Shown here piece by piece: positions 59,630-64,000 of a stretch of 64,000 nucleotides of DNA (positions are counted from its first letter, which is position 1; each line of letters begins with the position of its first letter). The stretch lies in NCBI RefSeq assembly GCF_009914755.1, contig NC_060928.1; one strand, given 5' to 3'. Source of the DNA: the human T2T-CHM13v2.0 reference genome, Homo sapiens. The translations under genes were made by a program, and so were the position numbers. A model generated the notes under the pieces. That model was not told where the DNA came from. It made no database searches and saw only the letters and a list, made by a program, of their open reading frames with translations.

Positions 59630-59830
59630 GATAACTAACATTTTTGGATGCCTACTCTCTGACAAGCATCTGTTAAGATCTTTGCATGTATCATGTTACT
59701 TACTTTCTTAAACAGCATCTGAAATAAGTACTATCTCCACTTTACATTTGTACAAACTGAGGTCACACTGCATTGACAAAATCACACAGTCTTTGGGATG
59801 AAAAGTCCAAGATACCTGGTCTAGTATTTA
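59630..59830 (-). mobile_element. MIR SINE
   Basis: gcctactctctgacaagca ... ctatctccactttaca ... aaactgagg ... aatcacacag. Confidence 0.7.
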
Positions 59831-60344
59831 GTGCACTGGGTGCTCTAGCATCTGGATCCTTCACACCTCTCCACCTTTATCTTCTTTTACTCGTGCCTCA
59901 CATTGTAAGCTTCCTCTATACCACTCTGTAAGGATATTTCCTATCTCACTATGTTTGCTAATATTGTTTTCCTTCACAAAGATACCCTCCATGTGCATCC
60001 TTCTTCACCTTTCTGAAATCTACTAGAGTTATCTCCTCTATAAAATCCTTATACTCAGACTGGGTTAGCTGCCTCTGAGCTTATTTGATGTCCTATGGAT
60101 ATTTCCAACGTAGGCTTTATCCTTTTTGAAATGGAGCACCATACAAAACTGAAGGCAAGCACTCTGTCTTATTTTTCTGTGTATAAAGTGCTTAACATAA
60201 ACTAAAGTGGTAACATCAGGATTCAAGTCAATGTCTCTGTTACTTTGAATGTTTAAGATAAGACATATTCACAGTAATTATGGTGCAATGAAATTAGTGA
60301 AAATCTTCATCAAAACAGTCTAGATAAAATTCTGTAAGATATTT

Positions 60345-61405
60345 TTTCTTTTCTAATTCCATTGGAATTTTGATAGGGATCACTTTGAATCTGTACGTAA
60401 CTTTGTGTAGTACAGAAATTTTAACAATATTACTTATTCTGATCCATGGACATGATACATCTTTTCATTTACTTACATTTTCTTCAATTTCTTTTTATCA
60501 GTGTTTTACATTTTCAGTCTATGATTTCCTTGGTTATATTTATTTCTAAATATTTTATTCTTGATGCTACTATAAATGGGAGTATTTTCTAAATTTTTTT
60601 TCAGGTAGTTTTGTTAGGACATAGAAACACACAAATTTTTGTATATTGATTTTGTGTCCTTCAACTTTACTGAATTTATCAGTTCTAAGAGTTTTTTAGT
60701 GTTTTCTATATATAAGATCATGACATCTGCAAACAGAAAAGATTTCCCTCCCTCCCTCCCTCCCTTCCTTCCTTTCCTTTTCTTTTTCTTTTTTTTTGGG
60801 GGGGCTCAGACAGCGTCTTGATTTGTCACCCCGGCTGGAGTGCAGTGGCATGACCACAACTCACTGCAGTCTCACTAAATCTCCCAGGCTCAAGCAATTC
60901 TCTCAACTCAATCTCCCAAGCAGCTGGGTCTACAGGTGTGCCATCATGCCTGGCTAGTTGTATTTTTTGTAGAGACAAGGTTTCACCATGCTGCTTAGGC
61001 TGATCTTGAACTCCTGGGCTCAAGCAATCCATCTACCTCAGCCTCCCAAAGTGCTGGGACTCACAGATGTGAGACACTGTGCTTGGCCACTTTTTCTTTT
61101 TCAACTTAGATGACTTTTGTTTATTTTTCTTACCTAATTGCTCCAGCTAGGACCTTCAAAACTTAATTTTGAATAGAAGTTCTATGAGTGAGAAACTTTG
61201 TCTTGTTCCTGATCTTATGGAAAGAGTTTTCAAATTTTCACCTCTGAGAATGATGTTAGCTATGGGCTTGTCATATATGGTCTTTATCACGTTGAGGAAC
61301 ATTACATCTATACCTAATTTATTTAGAGTTTCAATCAGAAGAGGATGTTAAATTTTGTCAAATGCTGTTTCTTAACCTATTTAGGTGATAATATGGGGGG
61401 TTTTG
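60345..61405 (-). mobile_element. Old L1M ORF2 fragment (interrupted by AluJ)
   Basis: attggaattttgatagggat ... tataagatcatgacatctgcaaacag ... ttgtcttgttcctgatctt antisense ORF2. Confidence 0.8.
60745..61089 (-). mobile_element. AluJ with (CCTT)n-derived tail
   Basis: ggctggagtgcagtggcatgacc ... ctcctgggctcaagcaatcc ... cctcccaaagtgctggga. Confidence 0.88.
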
Positions 61406-61409
61406 CCTT

Positions 61410-64000
61410 CTTTCTTTTTTATTTATAGATTCAGGAGGTACATGTGCAGTTTTGTTACTTGGATATATTTTGCAGTGGTAATGTCTAGGCTTTTAGTGAA
61501 CCCATCACCTGACTAGTGAACATTCTACCCAGTAGGGAATTTTTCAACCCTCACCTTCTCCCACCTTACCTCCTTTTGGAGTCCCCAGTGTCTACTATTA
61601 CCCTCTTTATGTCCGTGTACCCATTGTTTAGCTTCCACTTACAAGTGAGAACATGCAGTATTTGATTTTCTGTTTCTGAGTTATTTCACTTAGGATGGCC
61701 TCCAGCTACGTCCATGTCACTGCAAAAAAAAAAAAATGATTTCACTTCTTGTGGCTGCATCATATTCCGTAGTGTGTATATATATATCTTTTCCTGACCC
61801 AATCAACCATTGATGGACACTTAGATTGATTCTGTGACTTTGCTCTTGTGAATAGTGCTGTAATAAACATACAAGTGCATGAGTATTCGTGATATAATAA
61901 TTTCTTTTCCTTTGGGTAAATACCCAGTTATGGGACTACTAGGTTGAAGGATATTTCTATTTTTAGTAGTTTGACAAATCTCCATACTGTTTTCCATAGA
62001 GTTTGTACTAATTGAAATTCCCACCAATATGTACAAGCATTCCCTCTTCTCTGCATCCCGACCAACATCTGTTGTTTACTGACTTTTCAATAATAGCCAT
62101 TCTCTCTGGTGTGAGGTGGTACGTCATTGAAGTTTTAATTTACATTTCTCTGATAATTAGTGATGTTGAACATTATTCATGTTTGTTAGCTGCTTGTATA
62201 GCTTCTTTTGAAGAATTTTGTTCATGTCCTTTGCCCACTTTTTTATAGAGTTATTTTTTTTCTTGTTGATTTATTTGAGTTCCTTGTAGATTCTGGGTAT
62301 TCGTCATTTGGCAGATGCATAGTTTGCAGATATTTTCTCCCATTCTGTATTTGCCTCTTTACTATGTTGATTATTTACTTCATTGTGCTAAGAAGCTCTC
62401 TTGTTTAATTAAGTCTCATTGGTCTATTTTCATTTTTGTTGCATTTGCTTGTGAAATATTAGTCATAAATTCTTTGCTTAGGCCAATGCCTAGAAGAGTT
62501 TTTCCTAGGTTTGCTTCTAGGATTTTTATAGTTTCATCTTTAATGTATATTGATTCAATATTTGTATGTAGTGAGAGATAAGAGTCCAGTTTATTTCTCT
62601 GCACATGGCTATGCATTTTTTCCAGCACCATTGATTGAGTAGGGTGTCCTTTCCCCATTGTGTATTTTTGTCAACTTTGTTGAAGATCAATTGACTGTAG
62701 TTATGTGGCTTTATGTCTGGGTTCTCTATTCTATTCCATTGATATATTTGTCTACTTTTATATCAGTACCACACTGTTTTGGTTACAATAACCTTATAGT
62801 GTAGTTTGAAGTCAGGAAATGTTACAGTTTTAGATTTGTTCTTTCTAGGATTGTTTTGGCTATTTGGGCTATTTTCTGGTTCCAAAGTTTTTGGATAATT
62901 TTTATTAATTGTGTAAGAAAAGATGGTAATTTGATAAGGATTACATTAAATCTGTAGATTGCTTTGGGCAATGTGGTCACTTAAATGACCTATCCATGAA
63001 CGTGAGATGTTTTTCTATTTGTTGCGTCTGTGATTTCTTTTCTTTCTTCTTTTTTTTGTAGCTTAAACACAAATTTATTTTTCATAGTTCTGGAGCCTGG
63101 GAAGTCCAAGATCAAGCTACTGGCACTTCTATCGTCTGGTGAGGGCCTGCTTGCATCCTCATTTGCAGATAGCAGTCTTCTCATTGTATCTTCACATGGC
63201 AGAGAGCACAGAGAAAGGAAGCAAACTCTTTCCTGTCTCTTCTTACAAGGGCACACTTTCATCAGTGTTTTATCCTTTTCCTTGTAGAGATCTTTCACCT
63301 CCTCTGTTAAATGCATTCTGTCGTATTTTACTTATTTATTTTTGTGTCTGTGTAAATTGAATTGAGTTCTTGATTTAGTTCTTAGTTTGAATGTTATTGG
63401 TATTTAGAAATGCTATTGATTTATGTATGTTAATTTTGTATGCTGAAACTTTACTGAAGTCACTTATTAAATCTAAGAGCCTTTTGGAGGATTCTTTGGG
63501 GCTTTCTTGGTATACAATTATGCCATCAGTGAACAGAGATAATTTGGCTTTCTCTTTTCAAATTTGAATGCCTTTTATTTCTTTCTCTTGCTTGATCTAT
63601 ATAGGAATTTTAGTGCAGTGTTTAATAGGAGTGGTGAGAGTGGGCATTCTTACCTTGTTCCAGTTCTTAGGGAAAATGCTTTCAGCTTTTCCCTACTCAG
63701 TATAATGTTGGCTGTGGGTTTGTCATATATTGGTTTTATTATTTGAGGCTTATTCTTTTGATGCCTAGTTTGTTGATATTTTTTATCAGGAAGGGATGCT
63801 GGATTTTATATAATGCTTTTCCTGCATCAGTTGAGGTAATTATATGGTTTTGCATTTAATTCTGTTTATGTGGCAAATCACATTTATTGACTTGTGTATG
63901 CAGAACTATCATAACATCTCTGGAATAAATTCCACTTTATCATAGTGTATTATATTTTTAAAGTGCTATTGGATTAGTTTTCTATCATTTTGTTAAGGGT
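61410..64000 (-). mobile_element. L1PB3/4-like LINE-1, 3' end at 61410, runs off the window
   Basis: Poly-T then gattcaggaggtacatgtgcag 3' UTR and continuous antisense degenerate ORF2. Confidence 0.88.
63041..63255 (-). mobile_element. Polyadenylated MLT1A/MST-type LTR fragment nested in L1
   Basis: Minus strand reads ...ccagaactatgaaaAATAAAtttgtgtttaagctac then an A-rich tail. No LTR termini. Host L1 resumes at ctttcatcagtg. Confidence 0.82.

Overview
Human (primate) genomic DNA that is AT-rich and dominated by transposable elements. I found no supportable host protein-coding exon, RNA gene, CRISPR array or prokaryotic system. The only long ORF (30019-32352) is the 3' part of LINE-1 ORF2 in a young, 5'-truncated L1HS-Ta insertion. 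The other ORFs in the track are chance or decayed frames in repeats and unique DNA. Main content: a complete THE1B MaLR provirus, a near full-length L1MA element, a full-length Tigger4 (pogo) transposon, several L1PA/L1PB elements, about ten Alus including an AluYa5, and MST/MLT1/LTR16/LTR33/MER39-type LTRs, L2, MIR and MER5. The most interesting signals are sequence-copying scars. (1) A 188-bp, 97%-identical copy of 3727-3914 sits inside an AluY 51 kb away. (2) A 47-bp-stem hairpin at 47068-47168 has the architecture of a template-switch inversion and is a de novo pre-miRNA candidate. (3) A TSD-enclosed chimera joins an L1PB 3' end to about 320 bp of unidentified sequence. (4) A polyadenylated MLT1 LTR fragment appears to be retrocopied into a younger L1. 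(5) Several fold-back or stutter duplications sit at breakpoints. Repeat subfamily names are from recognition of consensus sequences and should be confirmed with RepeatMasker/Dfam.
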